This document shows, one piece after another, positions 37,549 through 48,567 of a stretch of 64,000 nucleotides of DNA. A program made the translations under genes and the position numbers. This stretch comes from a virus (Duplodnaviria; Caudoviricetes). Where the stretch lies: IMG/VR virus record IMGVR_UViG_3300037455_000100, positions 1 through 64,000 of that record; one strand, given 5' to 3'. Every line of letters starts with the position of its first letter. The stretch's first letter is position 1. A model generated the notes under the pieces. It made no database searches and had not been told where the DNA came from. It saw only the letters and a program-made list of their open reading frames with translations.

Positions 37549-39762
37549 ATGATACTTAATCAAGATGAGAGTAAAGTTAATATAGTTGGTGAAGTACAGT
37601 CAAACAAAGTAGGTATAGATACAAATAATATAAATTTCATTACTAATCTTTTAACAAGTAAATTATATTCAAAACCAATCCAATCTTTTTTAAGGGAAAC
37701 AGTATCAAATGCTTGGGATAGTCAGGTTGAAGCAGGTAATACAAATACACCCATCTTGATTAAGATTGATAAAGTTGAAAATAATGATGATGATGTAGAA
37801 ATATCTGTACGTGACTACGGAACTGGTATAAGTCCAGAAAGATTTGATAGTATATATAGGAATATAGGTTCTAGTACAAAAAGAACCAGTAATGACTATA
37901 TAGGAATGATGGGAATTGGTAGATTTGCTGCTCTTGCGGTGAATGATACTGTAGGTATTAAAAGTTATTATAATGGTAAATTATATAACTATTTAATGTA
38001 TAAAGATGGTGAAGAACTTAATATCGACCTGTTAAATGTATCAGACACAGAATATGAAAATGGTGTAGAAGTTAAGACCTATATAAATGATGCGTTTTCT
38101 AATTATGGGAATATAGTTGAAGGATTGTCATCACTTGCTTATTTTGAACAAATATATATAAGCAATACATACTATCCTTTAAAAAGCTTTGTTAACAAAT
38201 TCAATGAGAGAAAAATTCATGAATTTGATACTTTTAAAGTATGTTCATTAATGGAAGTTGATGGACTTAAATTTTTAATGGGAAATGTTTTATATGACTA
38301 TAATAACACTAATGATGTTTTAAGTTTTAGAAATTGTCCAAATATAGCAATAAAATGCAATATAGGTGAAATTGACATAACTCCAAACAGAGAGAATATA
38401 AGATTTAGTGATAAAACTAAAGGTGTTGTTAAAGATAAACTGGAAAAAGTTAAAAAGGAAATATTTGAAATCATAAAATACAACACAAATAGGAATTTCG
38501 ACACAATAGAGGACTGGTATAAAATTGTAGCTAACCGTTACTTGACTATAGAATTGTGGAAATTTTCACAAGACAATACGATAAATGTAGAAGTGTATAA
38601 TGATGTACTGATAAATAATAATGTGACGAAAAATTGGAAGATAAGAGGTATAGTTATACCAGACGGATTTAAATATCATTATTATTTCATAAGAAACCTT
38701 ACTATACGAGGTATCTATATAACATATAATTATTTTAATGAACGTTTTTGTAAAGGCAGTGACATTGCATTGCAGACTCTTGTAGATATTGCTAAAAAAG
38801 GCGATTTATACAAGATAAAAAATATATTTAATAAAACTACAAAAAGTTATATAAGAGAAACTAGAGATATAGATAATCTTTTATTTATAAAAGAAGAATC
38901 TTTTAGTAAGATAGCTAAAGATATATTCAATAATTATATAAAATGGATAAAATGTGAAAGTGGAAGATTATCTAGAAATGCTTATACTATAATAAAAGAG
39001 GATTTACTTAGTATATTCAAAGATATAAAATCATTCAACAATTCAGATGTTCCAAAAGAATGGCTTGATGCAAATAAGATTACTGTATGTAACAGTAGAA
39101 GAAGCTTTGTAATACATAAAATATATCTTGGAAGCAGAGGAGTAACATCAACTCCAGATTTATCACTCAATGATATACTATCAGAGAAACGAACAATTAT
39201 ATATGATACACTAAAGTCTGAATATTTGAGATTGGTTTTTAGACTTATAAATTCGTCTATATACAGTAACAAATATATGTTTGTAGAAGTTGCAAAGAAT
39301 GGTATAGATAATTTAAAGCGATATAAACAGTGTATAAGTATTTATGACTTTACAACAAAATATCAAAGGTCATTGTCAAATATATTTACTGGAAAGTATA
39401 TACACAGTGAAATTGATGAATGTGTATATCGCTATTGCACGGATGATTCGTATAGTAACATTGTTTCATTGTATAATAAATATGTAAGAGCTGATTCTAC
39501 AATATTGATAAATGACAAAAAAGATTTAAAAGAGTTGTATGAATATTACATAAGTAAGAATTGGCTTAATGTGAGTATGATTGAGTCAATGATGAATGAT
39601 GATTTTATAAAATACGGTAAATTCTTGCATAGAATTGGTCCAAACAGATATTTAAGGGGCATGTCTGAAATTATTGCTATAAATTATTTTGTATACAAAC
39701 ATAATATAAAAATAGGCAATATAAATAAGATAAATGCGTATAAAGTATTAAAACGTATATGA
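37549..39762 (+). CDS. rIIA-like protein (GHKL/HATPase N-terminus)
   Basis: LYSKP..SFLRETVSNAWD, VRDYGTG, IGMMGIG, TPNRE; paired with an rIIB-like gene. Confidence 0.82.
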   Translation: MILNQDESKVNIVGEVQSNKVGIDTNNINFITNLLTSKLYSKPIQSFLRETVSNAWDSQVEAGNTNTPILIKIDKVENNDDDVEISVRDYGTGISPERFDSIYRNIGSSTKRTSNDYIGMMGIGRFAALAVNDTVGIKSYYNGKLYNYLMYKDGEELNIDLLNVSDTEYENGVEVKTYINDAFSNYGNIVEGLSSLAYFEQIYISNTYYPLKSFVNKFNERKIHEFDTFKVCSLMEVDGLKFLMGNVLYDYNNTNDVLSFRNCPNIAIKCNIGEIDITPNRENIRFSDKTKGVVKDKLEKVKKEIFEIIKYNTNRNFDTIEDWYKIVANRYLTIELWKFSQDNTINVEVYNDVLINNNVTKNWKIRGIVIPDGFKYHYYFIRNLTIRGIYITYNYFNERFCKGSDIALQTLVDIAKKGDLYKIKNIFNKTTKSYIRETRDIDNLLFIKEESFSKIAKDIFNNYIKWIKCESGRLSRNAYTIIKEDLLSIFKDIKSFNNSDVPKEWLDANKITVCNSRRSFVIHKIYLGSRGVTSTPDLSLNDILSEKRTIIYDTLKSEYLRLVFRLINSSIYSNKYMFVEVAKNGIDNLKRYKQCISIYDFTTKYQRSLSNIFTGKYIHSEIDECVYRYCTDDSYSNIVSLYNKYVRADSTILINDKKDLKELYEYYISKNWLNVSMIESMMNDDFIKYGKFLHRIGPNRYLRGMSEIIAINYFVYKHNIKIGNINKINAYKVLKRI

Positions 39763-39763
39763 T

Positions 39764-40912
39764 ATGGTTAAAAATGTTTTTAGACTTGGTAACAGTTTAG
39801 TTGTTACTATGGACAACGGAAAAGAATATAGGACAAATAGCTGTAATGATGAATTTTATGAAAAAGTCACGAAAGCAATTAAAAATGGTTGTAATCTTGA
39901 CGATATATTCTTTCCAAGTAATAAAGAAAAACTACAACTAAAAGAGAAAATTGAAAACTCAAGCATAATCACTGTTGAAGGAAATTCTGCATATATACCA
40001 TCAATATCAAAATTATCATTACCAAAGATACTAGTTGATAAAATATTAGAAGCAGAAGGTAATAATAAGATAGATGCAGTTACTGCATATAAGAATTTCT
40101 GGACATTGTTAAGCTTAAATCCAAACTCTAGAGTAAGGGATAATCTGTTTTGGTTTTTGGATAAATGGGGTATGTCTATATGTAAGTCTGGATTATTCGT
40201 AGCATATAGGAATGTGGAGTTAAAAACCGAAGGTCTTGAATATAATAAGGAGTTAACCAGCTATGTAAGTGAAAAATATTACTATGTAAAGAATAACATA
40301 AACAAGAATCCTAGTAATTATTATGTTATAATTGTACCTGATAAAGGATATGATATAACTGATAAAGAAGGTGATAATGATGTTATATATATAGGTAATC
40401 TTGAGGAGCTGTATAAAAATATTGTATATTGTAGTAATGAAGCTGGTACTGTATATACTGACAATTATACTAAAAAGATGATTATTAGACTTGGTCATAT
40501 TGTGAATATTCCAAGAAGTAAATGTGATGAGAATGTAGAAACAACGTGTAGTTCTGGATTACATGTTGGTGGTAAAGGATGGTTAAAACATAACTATTGT
40601 GGAAATATTGGATTAAAAGTTCTTGTAAATCCAGCTGATGTGTGTAGTTGTCCAAAAATGGATAATTATGGTAAGTTGAGAACTTGTGCATATTATCCTA
40701 TACAGGTTATAGGATTTGATGATAATGATAACGTAATTGATGATACTATACAAGACGGATTTGAAGTCGATTTTATTAATAAGATACGTTATAAGGGAAC
40801 TATAAATAATGAAGATATAGATAATTATGAGTTGAATTTACCAAAAGATGACTCTGAAAACATCTATAAAAATTTAAAAAATATAGCATTATCTATAAAC
40901 AGAAGAGTTTAA
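39764..40912 (+). CDS. rIIB-like protein
   Basis: NFW..L..NP, FVAYR, CSSGLH, VNPADV, GKLRTC. Confidence 0.82.
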   Translation: MVKNVFRLGNSLVVTMDNGKEYRTNSCNDEFYEKVTKAIKNGCNLDDIFFPSNKEKLQLKEKIENSSIITVEGNSAYIPSISKLSLPKILVDKILEAEGNNKIDAVTAYKNFWTLLSLNPNSRVRDNLFWFLDKWGMSICKSGLFVAYRNVELKTEGLEYNKELTSYVSEKYYYVKNNINKNPSNYYVIIVPDKGYDITDKEGDNDVIYIGNLEELYKNIVYCSNEAGTVYTDNYTKKMIIRLGHIVNIPRSKCDENVETTCSSGLHVGGKGWLKHNYCGNIGLKVLVNPADVCSCPKMDNYGKLRTCAYYPIQVIGFDDNDNVIDDTIQDGFEVDFINKIRYKGTINNEDIDNYELNLPKDDSENIYKNLKNIALSINRRV

Positions 40913-41562
40913 TGGCTAGTTTGATTGAGAAGTTAGGAAAATGGTATGATTTTTTTGATAAAGAAGATTTTAACTATTTGCTTGACAGGTTAAGAATGGA
41001 ATATAAAGGTTATGTAAATATATTACCAGATTCACACGTTATATTTAAAGCATTTGAACTGTGTAATCCAGATGAATGTGATGTGGTTATGCTTGGACAA
41101 GACCCATATTTCCAAAAAGGAGTTTCCACTGGTATAGCATTTGGCAATAAGGCTGGAACTTTAAAAGCTAATTATTCACCTTCTTTATCAAAATTACTCG
41201 AACCTTACGAAATTGACGATTCATTTGACTGCACTCTTGAAAGTTGGTGTAAACAAGGAGTACTCATGCTTAATAGTTCATTGACTGTAATGGAGAACAG
41301 TCCTAACTCACACAGTTTTATATGGAGATATTTTATGACAAGATTTTTAATAGAATATTCAACATATAAAAAGGATATTATATATGTACTGTTTGGCACT
41401 AAAGCACAAAACTTTAAGTGGTATATAAAGAATAGTGCAAATATAATAGAATGTAATCATCCATCTTATATGTCAAGAAGTAACATACCAATGCCTAATA
41501 TATACAAAGAAATTAATATCAATTTATTAAATCAAGGTAAAAACATAATTAGATGGGTATAA
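40912..41562 (+). CDS. ung: Uracil-DNA glycosylase (family 1)
   Basis: LGQDPY, QGVLMLNSSLTV, HPS. Confidence 0.92.
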   Translation: MASLIEKLGKWYDFFDKEDFNYLLDRLRMEYKGYVNILPDSHVIFKAFELCNPDECDVVMLGQDPYFQKGVSTGIAFGNKAGTLKANYSPSLSKLLEPYEIDDSFDCTLESWCKQGVLMLNSSLTVMENSPNSHSFIWRYFMTRFLIEYSTYKKDIIYVLFGTKAQNFKWYIKNSANIIECNHPSYMSRSNIPMPNIYKEININLLNQGKNIIRWV

Positions 41563-41563
41563 T

Positions 41564-42022
41564 ATGCCAGAGATAAAAAATGCTACACCAACTTGGTATA
41601 ATGGAGTTAAGTATCGTAGCAAACTAGAGGCTAACTGTGCAGAGATTCTTGATAAAGCTGGTATAGAGTTTAAATACGAATCATTAAAGTTTGAACTCTT
41701 ACCAGCTTTTGTTTATATGGGTAAGAAATATCAACCTTGGACTTATAAGACAGACTTTATAATATTTAATAATATTATACTAGAAGTCAAAGGTTTTAAA
41801 AAGGCTGATAATTATACTAATAAACGTAAAATGATTATGAAGCATATATTAGATAATCATCTACCGTATGCTTTTTATGAAATATATTCAGAATCTCATC
41901 TTAAAAACATACTTAACAAATATGCTAAATTAAATTCATTTCATGATGCTTATATTGAATGTGACAATGAATTAAAAGCTAAAAAGAAAGCTAGAAAAAA
42001 TAAAAAGAAATTAAAGAAATGA
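41564..42022 (+). CDS. PD-(D/E)XK endonuclease (T7 endonuclease I/DUF1064-like)
   Basis: YRSKLE...YKTDF...LEVKG. Confidence 0.75.
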   Translation: MPEIKNATPTWYNGVKYRSKLEANCAEILDKAGIEFKYESLKFELLPAFVYMGKKYQPWTYKTDFIIFNNIILEVKGFKKADNYTNKRKMIMKHILDNHLPYAFYEIYSESHLKNILNKYAKLNSFHDAYIECDNELKAKKKARKNKKKLKK

Positions 42023-42191
42023 GTAAAAAGGATAATCTAATAGCGTTTAAAAATGACTTGCTGTCACGTAGATGTGAAGAAGTGCATTTAATATGGAGTA
42101 ATGGACAGAAAGCTGGTATAGGTAATCCTAAAGCAATAGACATTATTATTAAAGCATTACTTGAAGAAATTGATAAACAAATAAATGAGTT

Positions 42192-43238
42192 ATGAAATCT
42201 TTATATGATATTTCATGGAAAATCTCAGAAAAAGAGTATCGTGAAGATAAGGCTTTATCACAATCTACTTTAGGTAGGTTTGACAGAGAAGGGTTTTCCA
42301 AACTTGCTAATATACACGATACGATAGAATCCCCTAGTCTTACTTTTGGGAAGATTGTAGATACTCTTATAACTGGTTCGCAAGAAGAGTTTGAGAATAC
42401 ATTTGTAGTATCCAACAAAATACTTGACGAAGAGACTGCTGATATAGTTAAAACTATATATGATAATTATAAGGATATGTATAAAAACTTTATACAGATT
42501 CCTATAACACAAGTATCACAGACAGCTAAACAATGTGGATTCTGGCCAGCAGATAAATGGTCTGATAACGCTAGATATAATGGTCTGTTAAAGAAAGGTG
42601 ATATTGAAAGATATTATCAACTTCTCAGACAGAGTGAAGATAAAATTGTAATAGATAACGAGACTCTTACTGACGCTTTAAAGTGTGTATCCATTCTTAG
42701 GATATCGGAAGCTACTAGATTCTATTTTGCTGAAGATACTGAGAGTGTAAAAAGATTTTATCAACTTAAATTTAAAGCAGTACTTAAAGGTATAGAGTAT
42801 AAAGGTATGCTAGACAATTGTTTAGTAGATTATACAAATAAGAAGATTTATCCTATAGACCTCAAAACATCAAGTACTCCAGAGTATGAGTTTTATAAAT
42901 CATTCGTTAAATATGGTTATTCTCACCAAGCAAGATTGTATTATAGACTACTTGGGAATGCCATAAAAGATGATGAATATTTTAAAGATTTTGAGATAGA
43001 AGATTTTACATTTGTAGTTGTTAATAGATATACTCTTACACCTCTTACATGGAGATTCAGTGATACTAAAACTCTTGGTACTTTAGAGTATGGTACTACT
43101 AAACAAATTGTATTTAAAGACCCATACGAACTAGGTAGTGAGTTGAGTTATTATCTTACACATGAAGAGTGCAAAGTTCCAATTGGTATAAATTACAATA
43201 AAACAAACTCTTTGGTAGAATATTTAAATAAAATGTAA
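42192..43238 (+). CDS. PD-(D/E)XK exonuclease (RecE/exonuclease VIII-like)
   Basis: KGMLD...IDLKT...Y..QARLY. Confidence 0.75.
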   Translation: MKSLYDISWKISEKEYREDKALSQSTLGRFDREGFSKLANIHDTIESPSLTFGKIVDTLITGSQEEFENTFVVSNKILDEETADIVKTIYDNYKDMYKNFIQIPITQVSQTAKQCGFWPADKWSDNARYNGLLKKGDIERYYQLLRQSEDKIVIDNETLTDALKCVSILRISEATRFYFAEDTESVKRFYQLKFKAVLKGIEYKGMLDNCLVDYTNKKIYPIDLKTSSTPEYEFYKSFVKYGYSHQARLYYRLLGNAIKDDEYFKDFEIEDFTFVVVNRYTLTPLTWRFSDTKTLGTLEYGTTKQIVFKDPYELGSELSYYLTHEECKVPIGINYNKTNSLVEYLNKM

Positions 43239-43303
43239 AATTTAACTTTTCTAAATAAACTATTAATTGTAACTTTGCATCCTTAACTAAAATCTTAAAA
43301 TAT

Positions 43304-45502
43304 ATGCAAGTTATTAAACGTGACGGTACTACTGTGCCTTATGATAGTAACAAAATTACTAAGGCTATAAAATCTGCATTTAAAGTTACTAATGAGGAAT
43401 ATAATTCTAAAGATTTAGAATTATTTGTTGACACTATTCCAGCATCTGTTCAGATTGCTAATGATGGAGAGATTAATGTCGAAACTATACAAAATATGGT
43501 TGAGAACTGGCTTATGATGAATAGATATTATAAGACAGCTAAAGCTTATATTTTGTATCGTGATGAACATAAGAACATTAGGTTTATTAAAGAACGTATT
43601 GATTATATTCAAAGTTATGTAAGTAGTAATGCTAATGCAGCAAGCTCTTCTGAAACAGATGATAATGCTAATGTACTACTGAAGAATGTAGCTAATCTTA
43701 ATGGTGAAGTTTATAAGAGTATTAACAGGCAAATTCAACGTCGTAGAATGAAACAGAAGCTTGCTGAAATGTATAGTAATAAGCTTAGCAATCAGTATCT
43801 ACATGACCTTGAGAGTCATATAATTTATGCTCATGATGAAAGTTCGTTTCCTGTTGTAATGCCTTATTGTAGTGCTTATAGTTTATATCCTTTGCTTATT
43901 GAGGGTGTTGGTAATATTGATGGAGTAACTCCTAACGCTCCTAAAAAGCTTGATAGTTTTTGTGGTCAGTTTGTAAATCTTGTATTTTTGTTAGCTTCAC
44001 AAGTTAAAGGTGCTGTTGCTTTTGGAGGACTATTTGTTGCTTTTAATTATTACTGTGTTAAAGAATGGGGCAATGATTATTATAAGAAACATAACTACAA
44101 TGTGTTCACTTCTATCAATAAAACTCAAAGAACTGTAGAGAATCAAATAGTACAATATTTTCAACAAATTATTTGGGGAATTAACCAACCTGCTGGCAAC
44201 CGTAGCAGTCAAAGTCCTTTCACTAACGTAAGTTATTATGATAAGAATTATTATACTGCTGTGTTTGAAGATTTTGCTTATCCAGATACTACTAAACCTA
44301 CTTGGGAACAAATAGATTATCTTCAAAGATTGTTTATGAGAACTCTTAACAAAGAAAGACTTACTTCAGTAATAGCATTCCCTGTTGAAACAATGTGTTT
44401 ATTATCAGATGGTAAAGAAGATATTCTTGACAAGGATTATAAAGAATTTACTGCACAGATGTATGCAGAGGGTCATAGCTTCTTTACTTATATTAGTGAT
44501 AGTCCTTCTTCGTTAAGTAGTTGTTGTAGGTTGAAATCTGAAATTACTGAAAATATATTCAGCTTTACTAACGGTTTAAGTGGTCTCAAGACTGGTAGTT
44601 GTAATGTAATTACTCTTAATTTAAATAGAATTATCCAAAACTATTTTAGAAAAAATATGTCTAATATCGAAGATATACAAGAACTTTGGAATAATTCTCC
44701 AGATGAATACAAACATAAGATGAGAGAAGGTCTTCAAGAGTATCTTATTGAAATTCTAAAACGAATCTATAAATATCATACAGCATATAAAACAATGCTT
44801 TATGAACTTGAGGAGAAAGGTATGCTTAACGCTAGTAATGCTGGTTATATTAGAATTAAAGATTTATATTCTACTATAGGTCTAAATGGTATCAATGAAG
44901 CAGCAATATTCTTAGGTCTTGAAGTGTCTTATAACAAAGAGTATATTGAGTTTTGTAAGTTAATTACTTCTACAATTAAAAAACAGAATAAACTCCACAC
45001 TACTACAAAATTTAAGTTCAATCAAGAATTTGTACCAGCAGAATCATTAGGTATCAAGAATTTTAATTGGGATAAAGAAGATGGTTATATAGTTCCTGAT
45101 GATGGTAGAGTTCTTTATAACAGTTACTTCTATGATGCTCACGATGACACTAGCATATTCGATAAGATAAAACTTCACGGTAAAGAAATGACCGAAACAC
45201 TTGATGGCGGTGTAGGTTGTCATCTAAATCTTGATGAACATCTTAGTAAAGAGCAATACTTGAAAATTATTGATTATGTTGTTAAAGTAGGGTGTACATA
45301 TTTTACATTTAACATTCCTAATACAAAATGTGATGATTGTGGTTTTATTACAAAACATAATATAGACAAGTGTCCTAAATGTAGTAGTGAAAACCTTACT
45401 AAATACACACGTATTATTGGCTATCTCAGACCTACTAAAGCCTTTAGTAAAGGTAGACAAATTGAAGAGAAACAAAGAACTTATAGTAATGAAATTATTT
45501 AG
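43304..45502 (+). CDS. nrdD: Anaerobic (class III) ribonucleotide reductase with ATP cone
   Basis: VIKRDG ATP cone, SSCCRL, PAES, CxxC...CxxC, TRIIGYL glycyl-radical motif; TAACTTTG promoter at 43270. Confidence 0.95.
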   Translation: MQVIKRDGTTVPYDSNKITKAIKSAFKVTNEEYNSKDLELFVDTIPASVQIANDGEINVETIQNMVENWLMMNRYYKTAKAYILYRDEHKNIRFIKERIDYIQSYVSSNANAASSSETDDNANVLLKNVANLNGEVYKSINRQIQRRRMKQKLAEMYSNKLSNQYLHDLESHIIYAHDESSFPVVMPYCSAYSLYPLLIEGVGNIDGVTPNAPKKLDSFCGQFVNLVFLLASQVKGAVAFGGLFVAFNYYCVKEWGNDYYKKHNYNVFTSINKTQRTVENQIVQYFQQIIWGINQPAGNRSSQSPFTNVSYYDKNYYTAVFEDFAYPDTTKPTWEQIDYLQRLFMRTLNKERLTSVIAFPVETMCLLSDGKEDILDKDYKEFTAQMYAEGHSFFTYISDSPSSLSSCCRLKSEITENIFSFTNGLSGLKTGSCNVITLNLNRIIQNYFRKNMSNIEDIQELWNNSPDEYKHKMREGLQEYLIEILKRIYKYHTAYKTMLYELEEKGMLNASNAGYIRIKDLYSTIGLNGINEAAIFLGLEVSYNKEYIEFCKLITSTIKKQNKLHTTTKFKFNQEFVPAESLGIKNFNWDKEDGYIVPDDGRVLYNSYFYDAHDDTSIFDKIKLHGKEMTETLDGGVGCHLNLDEHLSKEQYLKIIDYVVKVGCTYFTFNIPNTKCDDCGFITKHNIDKCPKCSSENLTKYTRIIGYLRPTKAFSKGRQIEEKQRTYSNEII

Positions 45503-45932
45503 CAATCAAATAACATTTAGTGAAGTGCCTGGATTAGTTTCCAGATGCTTTGCTATATCTAATTGCGGAGGAAATTGCCCATCTTGTCACAGTCCTGAAT
45601 TAAGAGAAAATATTGGTGAAGAATTTACTGATGAAATGCTTTATAACTTTATAGCGCATGATTATGATAATATAGATTGTTATGTATTTCTTGGTGATGG
45701 GCAAGACCCTAAAAGAATGATTGAACTTCTTAAAATATGTAAGCAACGTAAATTCAAAACGTGTCTTTATGTAGGTAAAGATGCAACAAACTGGGAATAT
45801 TTACGTTATCTAGATTATCTAAAACTTGGTAGTTATATTAATGCTTTAGGTGGTTTAGACAGTAAAATGACCAATCAAAGAATGTATAAAATAGAAAATA
45901 TTACAAATCAATTTCAAAATAAAAATATATGA
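45489..45932 (+). CDS. nrdG: NrdD activating enzyme (radical SAM)
   Basis: CGGNCPSCHS (CxxxCxxC), GGL...TNQR; ATG at 45489 overlaps nrdD stop. Confidence 0.9.
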   Translation: MKLFSNQITFSEVPGLVSRCFAISNCGGNCPSCHSPELRENIGEEFTDEMLYNFIAHDYDNIDCYVFLGDGQDPKRMIELLKICKQRKFKTCLYVGKDATNWEYLRYLDYLKLGSYINALGGLDSKMTNQRMYKIENITNQFQNKNI

Positions 45933-46318
45933 AAATTAAAATTAATGGTAAAGAAGTAGAAGCATCTGAGATTACTTTACAAGATGCAATTGAAAGTGTT
46001 TTTGGTAAACAGTTTGAAGATATTCCTGATATTCATGACAGTCCGTTTGAATATCTTGCATTAAAAGGTTTAAACCTTACTATTACAAAATGTGATACAA
46101 AAGAGAAAGTCAATGATTTGTCAAAGAAGCTTAAAGAAAGACTTGTGTGGATTAATAAGCATAAGACTGGATATAAGTATAATGAGGTAGTAGATTTCTT
46201 AAAAGGTAACGCTGAAGAAATCACTAATGGTATTGAAGCTTTAAGCAATGCAGTTGATGCTTATAAGCTTGTATTGGGATATATTAATAGTGTAATTGAG
46301 ACAACGAAGAAGAAATGA
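45929..46318 (+). CDS. Hypothetical protein
   Basis: Coupled ORF. Confidence 0.6.
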   Translation: MKIKINGKEVEASEITLQDAIESVFGKQFEDIPDIHDSPFEYLALKGLNLTITKCDTKEKVNDLSKKLKERLVWINKHKTGYKYNEVVDFLKGNAEEITNGIEALSNAVDAYKLVLGYINSVIETTKKK

Positions 46319-46830
46319 AAATAAAGATTAAGCTTTTTGATGGTCAGGTAATGCCTGAAATTAATAAAAATGGTGATTGGATTGACTTGATGGCAAATAA
46401 AGATATTAAACTAAAATCACCATTTGCCAATACTTTAAATGGTAAGAGAGACAGAAGAAATGTTGAGTTCGATAACGAACTGATTCCACTTGGAATAGCT
46501 ATGGAACTCCCGAAAGGATTTGAAGCAATCGTACTGCCTAGAAGTAGTACTTATAACAAGGTTTCAGTCTGCTTAGCCAACTCCCAAGGAATTATAGATA
46601 ATAAATTTAGGGGAGATAATGACCAATGGTTCTTCAACGCTATAGCATTTAAAGATACTACCATCTACAAAGGTAATAGAATTTGCCAGTTTAGAATACA
46701 ACTAAGTCAGTTTGCAACAGTTTGGCAAAAGATTAAATGGTTGTTTTGGAACGGTAAGATTAAATTTGTAAAAGTAGATTCATTAAGTAATCCTGACAGA
46801 GGTGGACATGGAAGTACTGGATTAAATTGA
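46315..46830 (+). CDS. dut: Trimeric dUTPase
   Basis: GDWIDL, PRSS, GIID..FRG, RICQ, RGGHGSTG. Confidence 0.92.
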   Translation: MKIKIKLFDGQVMPEINKNGDWIDLMANKDIKLKSPFANTLNGKRDRRNVEFDNELIPLGIAMELPKGFEAIVLPRSSTYNKVSVCLANSQGIIDNKFRGDNDQWFFNAIAFKDTTIYKGNRICQFRIQLSQFATVWQKIKWLFWNGKIKFVKVDSLSNPDRGGHGSTGLN

Positions 46831-46861
46831 TTTGTGTTTCATATTGTACTTTATTTTACTA

Positions 46862-46893
46862 GGGACATTGTTGTGAAACGGTGTCCCATTTTT
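46862..46893 (+). terminator. Intrinsic terminator
   Basis: GGGACATTG-TTGTGAAA-CGGTGTCCC then ATTTTT. Confidence 0.7.
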
Positions 46894-46918
46894 AACTAAC
46901 ATTGCTAATTTAAACTAT

Positions 46919-47365
46919 ATGGAGAAAGTAATTACTGAATTAAAACGAACCGCTGCCAATATACCTTATATAACAGTAAAACATAATAATGTTGAATTTA
47001 ACTTTATTGTAGATAGTGGATGTACTATATCATGTATTGATGAAAATGTGTTAGATTTATTAGTACATACAGATACAGGAGAATTATCTGATGGAGTATT
47101 ATTTGCTAACGGTGAAGGTACTAAAACTAATAAAATAATAAAATTATCTTTTAAATTAAACGATAAAGAATTTACTGAGACATTTAATGCATTAGATTTT
47201 TATAGTATGACCAAACAAGTTAAAGATAATTTTGGTATTACTGTTAGAGGATTACTTGGTAGTGAATTTTTATATAAAAATAAACTTATATTAGATTTTG
47301 ATGAATCTATTATCAAATATAGAGACAATAACCAATTAGAGTTGAATTTAAATGAACAGTCATGA
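46919..47365 (+). CDS. Retropepsin-like aspartic protease
   Basis: FIVDSG catalytic motif and GLLG.EFL. Confidence 0.8.
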   Translation: MEKVITELKRTAANIPYITVKHNNVEFNFIVDSGCTISCIDENVLDLLVHTDTGELSDGVLFANGEGTKTNKIIKLSFKLNDKEFTETFNALDFYSMTKQVKDNFGITVRGLLGSEFLYKNKLILDFDESIIKYRDNNQLELNLNEQS

Positions 47366-48567
47366 TTTACTTGGTATCATTACAACAAAGAATACATTCA
47401 GATGAGATAACTTTAATATCTGTAGAAGAATCTTTAAAACTTTTAAGTTCTTTAACCGTAGTAGGATTAGATACTGAAACTAGAGGAATGGACCCTTATA
47501 CTAAAGAGTTATTATCTGTGCAACTTGGCTGTAATGATTTCCAAGTAGTCATAGATTGTTCTTCAATAGATATAAAATTTTATAAAGAATATTTAGAATC
47601 CGATAGACTTTTTATAGGGTGGAATTTAAAATTTGACTTAAAGTTTTTATTTCATAAAAACATTTATCCCAAGAAAGTATATGATGGGTATCTAGCTGAG
47701 AAACTAATGTGGTTAGGCTATCCAGCTGGTATGCACAGTATGTCTTTGAAATCTGCTGGTGTACAATATTTAGACATTGAATTAGATAAATCTGTACGCG
47801 GTAAAATACAGTGGGCAGGATTAACAGATGATGTTATTATATATGCAGCATACGATGTAAAATATTTGGATGATATACGTCTTAAACAATTAGACTTACT
47901 TAAAGAGAAGGATTTATTAAGAGCAATAGACTGTGAGAATCAGTTTATACTTCCTTTATCTTATTGTGAATATTGTGGTGTTAGATTGGATGTAGACAAA
48001 TGGAAAGTTAAAATGCATAAAGATGAAGAAAGAGTTAGTAAAGCCTTAGTTAAGCTTAATGAATGGTTTCTTAAAAATGAGCCAAACTCTTCTTATATAG
48101 TAGTAGACAGACAAGGTGATTTATTCAGTGGGTTTGATTTAACACCTAAAGTAACTATAAATTGGAACAGTGCTAAACAACTTATACCTATTTTTAAAAA
48201 GTATGGGATAGATGTTACTGTAGAAGATAGAGATAAAGGAGGAACTAAAGACAGTATTGATGCTAAACAATTAGGACCACAAAAAGATAAGTGTGACTTG
48301 ATACCTATATATTTAGACTATAAAGAAGCTGTTAAAGTTACCTCAACTTATGGTAAAAACTTTCTAGACCAAATTAATGTTGACGGTAGAATCCATACAA
48401 ACTATAATCAATTAGGAGCTGATACTACAAGAATAACTTCTGGAGGTAAAGATAAAAGCAATAATATTGATTATGTAAATCTTTTGAATTTACCAGCAGA
48501 TGCCGAGACTAGAGCCTGTTTTGTAGCCGAAGAAGGTAATAAATGGATAAGTATTGATTATTCGGGT
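47362..48567 (+). CDS. polA: DNA polymerase family A, exon 1 (3'-5' exonuclease through motif A)
   Basis: GLDTET, WNLKFD, YAAYD, TTRITS; ends ISIDYSG. Confidence 0.9.
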
